DNA of 62,968 nucleotides, counting the filler, from Octopus bimaculoides (Eukaryota): NCBI RefSeq assembly GCF_001194135.2. It is 6 parts of 6 records of this genome, joined end to end, with 100 filler letters (N's around TTAATTAATTAA, not from the genome) between each part and the next. Parts side by side here need not be neighbours in the genome. Positions count along the whole stretch, not along the records: positions 48,034 to 61,051 come from NC_069007.1; positions 61,152 to 62,968 come from NC_068999.1; 4 more parts are not named here. One strand, 5' to 3'. Made by a program: the position numbers and the translations under genes. Numbering within the stretch: the first letter of the stretch is position 1; each line of letters starts with the position of its first letter. Shown piece by piece: positions 52,396 to 62,968 of the stretch. The notes under the pieces were generated by a model that did no database searches, had not been told where the DNA came from, and worked only from the letters and a program-made list of their open reading frames with translations.

Positions 52396-52701
52396 AACAC
52401 GAGTGCGTAATTTGGACGTTAGTCCATTCNNNNNNNNNNNNNNNNNNNNNNNNNNNNNNNNNNNNNNNNNNNNNNNNNNNNNNNNNNNNNNNNNNNNNNN
52501 NNNNNNNNNNNNNNNNNNNNNNNNNNNNNNNNNNNNNNNNNNNNNNNNNNNNNNNNNNNNNNNNNNNNNNNNNNNNNNNNNNNNNNNNNNNNNNNNNNNN
52601 NNNNNNNNNNNNNNNNNNNNNNNNNNNNNNNNNNNNNNNNNNNNNNNNNNNNNNNNNNNNNNNNNNNNNNNNNNNNNNNNNNNNNNNNNNNNNNNNATAT
52701 A

Positions 52702-52735
<34 letters not shown>

Positions 52736-53183
52736 AACACGAGTGCGTAATTTGGACGTTAGTCCATTCATCTTCTCTTACGTCACTAACTGGAGAGGTA
52801 TGAACGTCACCACACACCTCTCTACTATCCACTCCCCATTACTGACTCAAAGTGGGGAAAACACTCCACTGTATGTATACATCCCTTCGCGAACTTTCTC
52901 TGCGACGTCATAGTTACCATGTCCGGAATTCTGTGAGAATGAGTGCGTGTGCTGGTGTGTGCGCGTGTATGTGTTTGCGTGTGAATGTGTACATCTGTGT
53001 GTGTGTGTGTGTGTGTGTATTTGTAAGAGTGCGTGTATTGCATTTTGTTTAACATACATACGTACATACATACATCCATCCATATATATATATATTTATA
53101 TAAAAGCAGTCATACATACATACAAACATACGTACGTACACACACACACGTACATACATATATACATGCATACTTGTACACAG

Positions 53184-53215
<32 letters not shown>

Positions 53216-54149
53216 GAATTGTAGTTTAAGTGCACTTCATTTCTCACTTCCGCTGTCTATCCTTCTTTTGAAGATTTACATTGTTACACAACATTCCGGT
53301 GTGTATACATGCATACATACATACGTAAATAAGCACATATACATACATATATACAACAAACAGTATTCGCATCCATACATATGCAAATACATAAACATGC
53401 AACTGCGTACGTAACATTTACAAACATAAACGCACGCGCACGTATGTATATATATATATATATATATATCATATATATATATATCATATATATATNNNNN
53501 NNNNNNNNNNNNNNNNNNNNNNNNNNNNNNNNNNNNNNNNNNNNNNNNNNNNNNNNNNNNNNNNNNNNNNNNNNNNNNNNNNNNNNNNNNNNNNNNNNNN
53601 NNNNNNNNNNNNNNNNNNNNNNNNNNNNNNNNNNNNNNNNNNNAGAGAGAGAGAGGCAGACACACAGACACACATATATAAATATATATATAATTTTTTT
53701 ATTTTAAATAAAACCCTCGATTCAATAGCACAATGTGTACAAACTCTATACTTGGAATGACCAATTCTAAATACTATTGGAATTTACTCACAAGGTATTG
53801 GAATCTCATATTTATACCATTCTGCCTAAATAAAGAAATCTACAAATGCAATATCCCTGCATATCACACATCTGTTTTCATTCTTCTACTTCATTCTGTC
53901 AAATATACTTATTTTTTTTCCACTCTGCTTTTAATAAATCAAGGCATTATAAGCACGACTTCGAGATTTCAACGATGTGATTGTTTATGTATAGAATGAT
54001 CTGGTCAGTTTGAGCCTAAAACAAGTAGAACATTTTGGCCGCGTATGACCAATTTAAATGCTAAACAGTTAAGACCAGCCGCATCCCTGGTCGAGCTTTC
54101 GATACGTCACGTTTTTTTGTTTCCTTTTTCTGTATGGTATTATTTCAAA

Positions 54150-54686
54150 GCATCGATTCCTTGCAGATACTGGAGCGGCTTGCAACATTTGACCAATGGA
54201 AATCTTAAGCAGTTCGCAGAAACCATCGGCTATTACATTGCAAGCTGTTAACCAATCTCCAATTTCCACTTACAGTGAGAAATTCATGACTCTGGATTTC
54301 AATCTGAAACGCCAAATCAAGTGGGTCTTTATAATTGCGGATCCTCCATATCCTGTAGACGGTGCTGACTTCCGGTATCAATTTAGTCATCTTGTTCGTT
54401 TGAAACTCAAGCGACTGATAGATTCAGAAACGGATTTGTCTGTGTAGGGTGTGTACAGTAAATCTGCTACTGTCGATACTCTTTTAATTGTATCCTCTGC
54501 ATCTAATTGTTATCATACGATCCTTAAGAAATTTCCAGGAATTACTCAAGCTGCTTTTTATTAATGAAACTTCAGTACACTCTGATCCGCATTGCATCAT
54601 CCCTGAAAGACCTACTTCATCACGACCGAGGCGTCTCACCACTGTCAAGCTAAAAGTAGCTTGGAATTTCAACAACATCAATGATT
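54150..54686 (+). mobile_element. Gypsy LTR-retrotransposon pol remnant (aspartic protease and linker)
   Basis: FLADTGA active-site motif, then LQAVNQSPISTY..LDFNLKRQIKWVFIIAD..GADF..RLIDSET and RPRRL...KLK; in-frame stops. A SINE D interrupts it. Confidence 0.8.
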
Positions 54687-54687
54687 A

Positions 54688-55165
54688 GCGCATGAACGGT
54701 CATGGCTGTGTGGTTAACAACCTTGTTTTTCAGCTACGCGGTTTCGGGTTCATACCTACTGTGTGGCACCATCCGCAAATGCATATTATTGTAGTCCCGA
54801 GTCGACCAAAGCCTTCTAAATGAATTTTGCTGATTATTTGTATATTTAGTGAAAATCGGTTGACGGAAACTTTGTGGAAGCCTGTAGTCTGTACACACAC
54901 ACACACACACACACAAACACATACATACATATGCGTGTGCGTGTGTGTGTGTGTGTGTGCTTTCATGTTGGTGTTTCTCTTCAACCGCCGCTTAACAACC
55001 GGTGTTGGATTGTTTACATCCCCACAACGTTGCAGTTCGGGAAAATAATAAGAACCAGGTTTTAAAATGGAGGTAATAGTGTCGAGCAATTGGTCTAAAC
55101 ACTTCGAGACAATGTTCCAGCATGCCTGCATTCCAAAAACTGAAAGAAATAAAAGATTTTAAAAA
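54688..55165 (+). mobile_element. Degenerate full-length SINE family D with internal (CA)/(TG) microsatellite
   Basis: Head TGGCTGTGTGGT..CGGGTTCA, core CGACCAAAGCC..GACGGAAACT, 3' part ACAACCGGTGTTGG..CCAGCATG..ACTGAAA. Confidence 0.7.
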
Positions 55166-55174
55166 ATGCATGTG

Positions 55175-55207
<33 letters not shown>

Positions 55208-56106
55208 TTGTGTGTTTGTTTCGTTGGACAAACAGGATTAAATGGAGTATTTATACGTGGGTATGTAGATTTATTTCTTCATAGGCAGAAAACTAAACTT
55301 CAGAAAGCCATAAGTATTTCTGTGTCTGAGTGTATATGCATGTGTGTGTGTGTGCNNNNNNNNNNNNNNNNNNNNNNNNNNNNNNNNNNNNNNNNNNNNN
55401 NNNNNNNNNNNNNNNNNNNNNNNNNNNNNNNNNNNNNNNNNNNNNNNNNNNNNNNNNNNNNNNNNNNNNNNNNNNNNNNNNNNNNNNNNNNNNNNNNNNN
55501 NNNNNNNNNNNNNNNNNNNNNNNNNNNNNNNNNNNNNNNNNNNNNNNNNNNNNNNNNNNNNNNNNNNNNNNNNNNNNNNNNNNNNNNNNNNNNNNNNNNN
55601 NNNNNNNNNNNNNNNNNNNNNNNNNNNNNNNNNNNNNNNCGTGTGTGTGTGTGTGTGTGTGTGTGTTTGTGTGTTTGTTTCGTTGGACAAACAGGATTAA
55701 ATGGAGTATTTATACGTGGGTATGTAGATTTATTTCTTCATAGGCAGAAAACTAAACTTCAGAAAGCCATAAGTATTTCTGTGTCTGAGTGTATATGCAT
55801 GTGTGTGTGTGTGCGTGCGTGTGTTGTTTTGCATGTGTGCGTCTAGGTACACATGTATGTCAATATATAAAAAAATTTGGTGTGGGTTTTCGGCGGTAAA
55901 CCAGCCACTAACCACAACATCGACCGCAGTCTGTGCAGCGTAAGAATACATTTATGTTACTTTGAAGTTGTTATTATTGTTGCCAGACAGACTCGTTTCA
56001 GTACACACACACAAATATTTTTTCTATTTGTCGCTGTCGCTCACTGGTTATTCGTCTCTTAATCTTTCCCCGTGTATGCATACAAGTCTGTATACATATA
56101 TATGTG

Positions 56107-56142
<36 letters not shown>

Positions 56143-56257
56143 TGTATGTATGTATGTATTGTAGTAAATTAAAAAAAGAATAAACACAAAAAACAACAAC
56201 GCGAGGACGTGGTACATATAATGTACTAGTAGATGTTCAGGAAAGGAAAGAAGGATG

Positions 56258-56293
56258 GTTTAAGGTTTCGAGCAGATGCTCTTCTTCGGAAAC
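56258..56293 (-). ncRNA. Minimal hammerhead-like motif (U4C variant) in a PLE-type terminal repeat (~56185-56310)
   Basis: Minus strand: GTTT-CCGAAGA-A-GAGC[ATCT]GCTC-GAAAC-CTT-AAAC; stem I GTTT/AAAC. Confidence 0.55.
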
Positions 56294-56373
56294 AGAGGAA
56301 AATCTAATAGAAGGGTAGACGGAGGAAGTAAATCGCCAACGATTCACATGTGTTTACATTTTATTTATGTATG

Positions 56374-56404
<31 letters not shown>

Positions 56405-56850
56405 NNNNNNNNNNNNNNNNNNNNNNNNNNNNNNNNNNNNNNNNNNNNNNNNNNNNNNNNNNNNNNNNNNNNNNNNNNNNNNNNNNNNNNNNNNNNNNNN
56501 NNNNNNNNNNNNNNNNNNNNNNNNNNNNNNNNNNNNNNNNNNNNNNNNNNNNNNNNNNNNNNNNNNNNNNNNNNNNNNNNNNNNNNNNNNNNNNNNNNNN
56601 NNNNNNNNNNNNNNNNNNNNNNNNNNNNNNNNNNNNNNNNNNNNNNNNNNNNNNNNNNNNNNNNNNNNNNNNNNNNNNNNNNNNNNNNNNNNNNNNNNNN
56701 NNNNNNNNNNNNNNNNNNNNNNNNNNNNNNNNNNNNNNNNNNNNNNNNNNNNNNNNNNNNNNNNNNNNNNNNNNNNNNNNNNNNNNNNNNNNNNNNNNNN
56801 NNNNNNNNNNNNNNNNNNNNATATATATATATATATATATATAATGTGAT

Positions 56851-57072
56851 GGCGAGTGGCTTAGTGGTTAGGGCATTATGGCTCACGATCGTAAGGTCAT
56901 GAGTTCAATTCCCGGCGACACGTTGTGTCCTTGAGCAAGACATTTTATTTCATGCTGCTCCAGTCCACTCAGCTGGCAAAAATGAGTTGTACCTGTAATT
57001 ACAAAGGGCCAGCCTTGTCACACTTTGTGTCACGCTGAATCTCCCTGAGAACTTACGTTAAGGGTACACGCG
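56851..57072 (+). mobile_element. SINE family C (own tRNA head and core, family-B 3' module)
   Basis: Head TGGCTTAGTGGTTAGGG...GAGTTCAATTCCC. 56991-57072 aligns with family B 13926-14002. Confidence 0.85.
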
Positions 57073-57526
57073 TACAATAATAATAATAAATACCGGGATC
57101 AATTTGTTCTATCCAACAAAACCTTTCGAAGCGGTGCCTCAGCATGGCCGCAGTCCAAGGACTGAAACGATTAACAGAAAAGAATATGTCGATAATCCCT
57201 GATATTATGAGGATTAGGATCCCTGTCGAAGGGTGATAAAGGCCCAGTAGCACACGGATAAGCTGGGAGTGGCGTGGGGAATGGATATCAGATTAAAGTG
57301 TGAAGCGTCCAACAGGCGCCGAAGGTGGGAGAACGTTATTGCGTTTTTGTAAGGTAACCTGTGATTTTTTTTTTAAATTGGTATTGAGGAGTCAGTGTTG
57401 GTCACTACCTGTTGGCTTGGTACAAAGAGAGAGGTAAAGGTAGAGCGAGCGAGAGAGTGAGAAAGAGAGAGGGAGAGAGGGAGAGAGGTGTAAACAGACA
57501 GGTGTAAACACTGATAAACAGACAGG

Positions 57527-57568
<42 letters not shown>

Positions 57569-57663
57569 CACACAGATAGACAGACAGACAGATAGATAGA
57601 TAGACTGGTAGATAGATAGAGAGAGAGAGAGAGAGGGAGGGAGGAAAAGCTAGATAGATAGGT

Positions 57664-57706
<43 letters not shown>

Positions 57707-57813
57707 AGAGGGAGGGAGAAAAAGAGAGGTAGATAGATAGAGAGAGAGAGACTGAGACATAGATACATTTCTTTTATTAGCCACACAGGGCTCAACGAAG
57801 ATGGGACAAATAC

Positions 57814-57867
<54 letters not shown>

Positions 57868-57883
57868 NNNNNNNNNNAAATAC

Positions 57884-57984
<101 letters not shown>

Positions 57985-58778
57985 GGAGAGAAGGAGGGAG
58001 GGGAAAAAAGAGAGGTAGATAGACAGACAGACAGACAGAGAAATTGTATTTCTGGTTTGTAACGGTATAAATGTTAGTGGTTTGTGTCCCCAGTTTGTGT
58101 TATTAGTTTTGATGAGTTTAATTGGTAAGTAGGTTCTTTGGAAGTGGTTTTGGAGTTGGTGGTGGCGGTGGTGGCGGTGATGATGGTGGGGGGGATGGTC
58201 TTTATGCTGATGGTGGTGGTGGTGGTGGTGGGAGAAGGGGGGATGGTCGGAAAGGAAGTCACGATAAGGGTGTGTATGTGTTTGGTCGTAGTTTTTTTTT
58301 CCTTTTCTGTTACTTTGGTTTTTTTTATTATTTTTTTTTTGTGATGGTTGGGCAGCGTTGGTGCGCTTCTTACCGCAACGGCTACGACGGCGGCGGCGGC
58401 GGCACTGGCGCTGGTGGCGGCGATGGCACCGGTGTCATTGAATGTTGGTAAGTGGGTGTGTGTGTCAGTAAGTATGACACTAAAAAAACAATTAAGAGCT
58501 GTGATGATGATGATGATAATGATGATGATGATAATGACGGCGGTGGTGGTGGTGGTGGGGGCGACTGTGGTCATGCTAGGGATTCTCCCTCTTGAGATAA
58601 TGGTGGTGATGGTCGTGGTCGTGGTGTAAGTGGTGCTGGCGGCGGCAGTAGTGGTCGTTGTAGTGCTGGTGGTAGTGTTGGTGGCGTTGCAAATGTTAGT
58701 GCTGCTAACAGACGTAACGATAGTAGTAGTAGTAGTAATTGTAGTAGTAGTAGTTGTAGTAGTAGTAGTGGTAGTAGT

Positions 58779-58828
<50 letters not shown>

Positions 58829-59773
58829 AAGTTCTAGTAGTAGTAGTAGTTTTGGTGGTAGTAGTAGTTTTGGTGGTAGGACAGATATTCTTTTCTACTC
58901 TNNNNNNNNNNNNNNNNNNNNNNNNNNNNNNNNNNNNNNNNNNNNNNNNNNNNNNNNNNNNNNNNNNNNNNNNNNNNNNNNNNNNNNNNNNNNNNNNNNN
59001 NNNNNNNNNNNNNNNNNNNNNNNNNNNNNNNNNNNNNNNNNNNNNNNNNNNNNNNNNNNNNNNNNNNNNNNNNNNNNNNNNNNNNNNNNNNNNNNNNNNN
59101 NNNNNNNNNNNNNNNNNNNNNNNNNNNNNNNNNNNNNNNNNNNNNNNNNNNNNNNNNNNNNNNNNNNNNNNNNNNNNNNNNNNNNNNNNNNNNNNNNNNN
59201 NNNNNNNNNNNNNNNNNNNNNNNNNNNNNNNNNNNNNNNNNNNNNNNNNNNNNNNNNNNNNNNNNNNNNNNNNNNNNNNNNNNNNNNNNNNNNNNNNNNN
59301 NNNNNNNNNNNNNNNNNNNNNNNNNNNNNNNNNNNNNNNNNNNNNNNNNNNNNNNNNNNNNNNNNNNNNNNNNNNNNNNNNNNNNNNNNNNNNNNNNNNN
59401 NNNNNNNNNNNNNNNNNNNNNNNNNNNNNNNNNNNNNNNNNNNNNNNNNNNNNNNNNNNNNNNNNNNNNNNNNNNNNNNNNNNNNNNNNNNNNNNNNNNN
59501 NNNNNNNNNNNNNNNNNNNNNNNNNNNNNNNNNNNNNNNNNNNNNNNNNNNNNNNNNNNNNNNNNNNNNNNNNNNNNNNNNNNNNNNNNNNNNNNNNNNN
59601 NNNNNNNNNNNNNNNNNNNNNNNNNNNNNNNNNNNNNNNNNNNNNNNNNNNNNNNNNNNNNNNNNNNNNNNNNNNNNNNNNNNNNNNNNNNNCAACATGA
59701 CCATCCCCAAATACAACAATATGTTTCAACACACGATTTCACATCAAGAATCTTGCAAAACGAATATATAAAC

Positions 59774-59811
<38 letters not shown>

Positions 59812-59814
59812 CAA

Positions 59815-60170
59815 GAAAATCTTCCCGTTAACCCCTAAGCCGCACACCTTCACATTGGTCCTAAGATTAAGGAAGAAATTTACAGCTAACCCCCAGGTAA
59901 AACGCTTTTACACCGGTTCTAAAATTATCAGAAAATACTTAGGGCACACCCTCAGGCCACGCAACTTCAAATTGGACCTAATAGTAAAAGAAAAACTTAC
60001 TTCTGAACCCTGGACCACGGACCTTCACATTGGGCTTAAGATTACAAAATAACTTTAGAGATAACCACTAGGCCATGTGCCCTTTCATTGGACTTAAGAT
60101 TTAAAAAACAATCCGCCGCTAACCCCTTGGCCACTCGACTTCACATTGGGTCTCAGATTATAAGAATGAA
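59815..60170. repeat. Degenerate 58-bp minisatellite, about 6 units
   Basis: The anchor (C/T)ACATTGG-like motif recurs at 59851, 59909, 59968, 60026, 60084 and 60142 (period 58-59). Confidence 0.75.
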
Positions 60171-60223
60171 AAAGAAAAACTTATTTCTAGATCCGCAATT
60201 TAACACTATGTCTACTACTAATA

Positions 60224-60355
60224 CTGCCGGAGCCTCGTGGGGCTTTAGGTGTTTTCGCTCAATAAACACTCACAACGCCCGGTCTGGGAATCGAAACCGC
60301 GATCCTATAACCGCGAGTCCGCAGCCCTAACCACTGGGCCATTGCGTCTCCACGC
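60224..60355 (-). mobile_element. SINE family B, 5' part only
   Basis: Reverse complement of 13727-13855. Confidence 0.9.
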
Positions 60356-60556
60356 CGGCATATAATCCAATGTAGATATTGACCAACTCTGTCATGTCTT
60401 GATTTATACTCTACAGGTACTAAAACATTACACCCAGAGATTAGGTGGTTCACGGTTTCAATACCATCGTTGTAGTATCTGCTCTTTGGGTCTACACCAT
60501 TTTTCATCACATTGGTTTGGTAGTTCCGAGTCAATAAGCTCTGATCTTGAACAGCT
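60356..60556 (-). mobile_element. Second R4/Dong-like LINE fragment (CCHC region)
   Basis: AVQDQSLLTRNYQ...DPKSRY..GIETVNHLISGC...EYKSRHDRVGQYLHW. Confidence 0.8.
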
Positions 60557-60579
60557 ATATATATATATATATATATAGA

Positions 60580-60972
60580 TTCTTTTGTTCTTTTTTGATA
60601 TTCTTTTACTTGTTTCAGAAAGTTGACTGCGGCCATGCCGGAGCACCGCCTTTAGTCGGAAAATCGACCCCCAGGACTTATTCTTTGTAACCTTAGAACT
60701 TATTCTATCGGGTGACTTTTGCCAAACCACTACGTTTCGTGGACGTAAACACACCAACATCGGTTGTCAAGCGATGGTGGGGGAGGACACACAAACTTAT
60801 ACACATACACACAAACACAAACACCCACGTACACACACATGTCTACAACAGACTTCTTTCAGTTTCTGTCTACCAAATCCACTCACAAGGCTTTGGTCGG
60901 CCCGAGGCTATAATAGAAGACACTTGCCCAAGGTACCACGCAGTGGGACTGAACCCAGAACCATGTGGTTGG
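60580..60972 (-). mobile_element. SINE family D, near full length
   Basis: Joins the head seen at 9576 and 42333 to the 3' part seen at 16861 across an internal (CA)n tract. Confidence 0.88.
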
Positions 60973-60995
60973 GAATATACATACATACATACACA

Positions 60996-61034
<39 letters not shown>

Positions 61035-61151
61035 ACACATATATATATATANNNNNNNNNNNNNNNNNNNNNNNNNNNNNNNNNNNNNNNNNNNNTTAAT
61101 TAATTAANNNNNNNNNNNNNNNNNNNNNNNNNNNNNNNNNNNNNNNNNNNN

Positions 61152-61191
<40 letters not shown>

Positions 61192-61214
61192 CACAGACAC
61201 ACACACACATACAA

Positions 61215-62968
61215 CATCCACATTCAACAACAATTAAAAGGCTGGAGTTGGAAAAACTTCAACTGCAAACCAACATGAAAACCTCCATTCAAAATCAAAG
61301 AGCTTCAGAGGAACGGTGGATAATAAAAAATTAAAAATATCAAACAGAATCCATAAGTGTTCTATTCATATACAAATAAACATAGAATCGCTGTCTCACC
61401 CATTGGTCCATTGACCATTTTCCAACACGATACTAAAGAAATGGCAGAGGTCCTGCAGAAACAATGCTGCTCTGTCATTAGTGATACCATTGATAATGAC
61501 ATAAGGGATGTGAACGAAGTCGATTCCCAACATATAATCTCGGACATAAACTTTACTCCCTCAGGCATCAAGCAGCAATAAATGAGGTCAAATACTATTC
61601 TGCTGTAGGCCCTGTTAGATTCCCCGCTAGTCTGCTGTGGGAATGTAGACACCAACTTGCAGTCCCTCTGACCAACCTCTGGAGAAATTCTTTAGACTCA
61701 GCTTATATACCGAAACAGCTCTTATCCCATTCTTTCATCCTGGTTTTCAAACAGGGAAGCAGATCCCTCGCTGTCAACTATCGCCCAATCTCACTCACCT
61801 TCTATATCATTAAAGTGTTTGAAAGGGTGGTAAGATCAAGGATAGCTGGCTTCCTGGAGAACCACAAACCCCTAAATTCAAACCAGCATGGCTTTCGCTG
61901 CGGTAGGGACTGTCTAACACAGCTCTCACACCACATCGATGATATACTTAAAACCTTGGAAACAAGTTCGAACGCTGATGTCATATATCTTGACTTCAGT
62001 AAAGCGTTTGACAGAGTTGACCATAATATCCTGCTGTCAAAATTGTCAAAGGTTGAAATCCGTGGAAAACTTCTACACTAGATTGAGTATTGCCTGGAGA
62101 ACAGAACACATGTTGTGATCAGTGGAATCTACTAAAGCCCAGCAAAAGTCACCAGTGGCGTCTCTCAGGGGACTGTCTTGGGCCCGCTCCTCTTTATAAT
62201 CTATATAAACGACCTTTCCAGCGTCATGAAACAACGGCAAGTGAAAATATTCGCTGATTAGGCAGCAACTAAACGAGGGTAAAAAGACTATGCTAAAACA
62301 GCCATACCCTCTTCCTTCAGGGGAACCATTCACAGTATCTAATAATATCAGAGACCTAGGAGTAATTTTTGATAACAATCTCAGTTGGAGTGCCCACATC
62401 ACCAATAAGGTCGATATAGCTTGCAATATGAGCTCCTGGACCTTAAGAACGTTCCGATCCAGCGAGCAAGTTGTCATCATCCCACTTTTCTCCTCTTTTG
62501 TACGGCTACACCTCGAATACTGCTGTCCCTTGTGATCTCGCCATACAAAACAAAACATCTCGAAAATTCAATCAACTCAGAGGTCATTCACTAAAAGAAT
62601 TAAGGGCATGACTGATCTCGATTATTGGGACCGCCTTAAGTATTGAATTTCTATTTTGTCCAGCGCTGCCGTGAGCGATACATCATTTGCACGATGTGGA
62701 GAATATACCACCAGCATTGCTGAAACGACCTCAACATTAGCTTCAATATTCATCCAAGCCTAGGACCACGGGCCATACGTCCTCTACCCAATTCAAGATC
62801 ACAACACATAAATACACCGTAACACAATTTCTTTTCCTCAACAGGCCCTACCCTATTTAACATTGTCCCGAAACAGATCAAAGAAAAGGATCACGTGCTT
62901 TGTCTACAGCATTAGAGCATTTTAGCTCTTATTTCTAGCAATGTAGGTGTCTCTAACACCCTAGGCAT
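61215..62968 (+). mobile_element. CR1-clade LINE, decayed ORF2 reverse transcriptase, running to the window end
   Basis: [84 protein letters not shown]; many stops and frameshifts. Confidence 0.92.

Noticed and set aside
52905-52918. GTAACTATGAC on the minus strand, matching a 28S rRNA motif
   Set aside because: Only 11 nt, with no surrounding rRNA similarity.
55166-55815. Apparent direct duplication across a gap (about 55180-55355 and 55640-55815); similar cases at 52392-52429/52730-52769 and 57810-57900
   Set aside because: Identical sequence on both sides of an N gap next to microsatellites is typical of unmerged overlapping contig ends, so probably an assembly artefact.

Overview
AT-rich eukaryotic DNA, very dense in microsatellites and broken by many N gaps. 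Five of the gaps carry a TTAATTAATTAA spacer. The repeat content and gap style suggest a draft octopus (coleoid cephalopod) scaffold; this is inference, not verified. One well-supported protein-coding gene is present: a 424-aa single-exon ORF on the minus strand (36346-37620) with a PTB/PH-like N-terminus. It lies head-to-head with a probable first exon of a plus-strand transcript (37844-37910). The rest is transposon debris: several tRNA-derived SINE families (my labels A-D), R4/Dong-like, RTE and CR1 LINE fragments, a Gypsy protease remnant, a full-length decayed Tc1 element with DD36E spacing, and MITE/foldback palindromes. The most striking signal is a set of type I hammerhead ribozyme motifs of the Penelope-like-element (PLE) kind. 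One has an intact catalytic core (45565-45651). One sits inside a tRNA-headed SINE that also has an inverted 5' duplication (46303-46651). Three are minimal variants whose stems co-vary (34136-34171, 47740-47775, 56258-56293). All repeat-family boundaries were read by eye and are approximate unless TSDs or TIRs are given.
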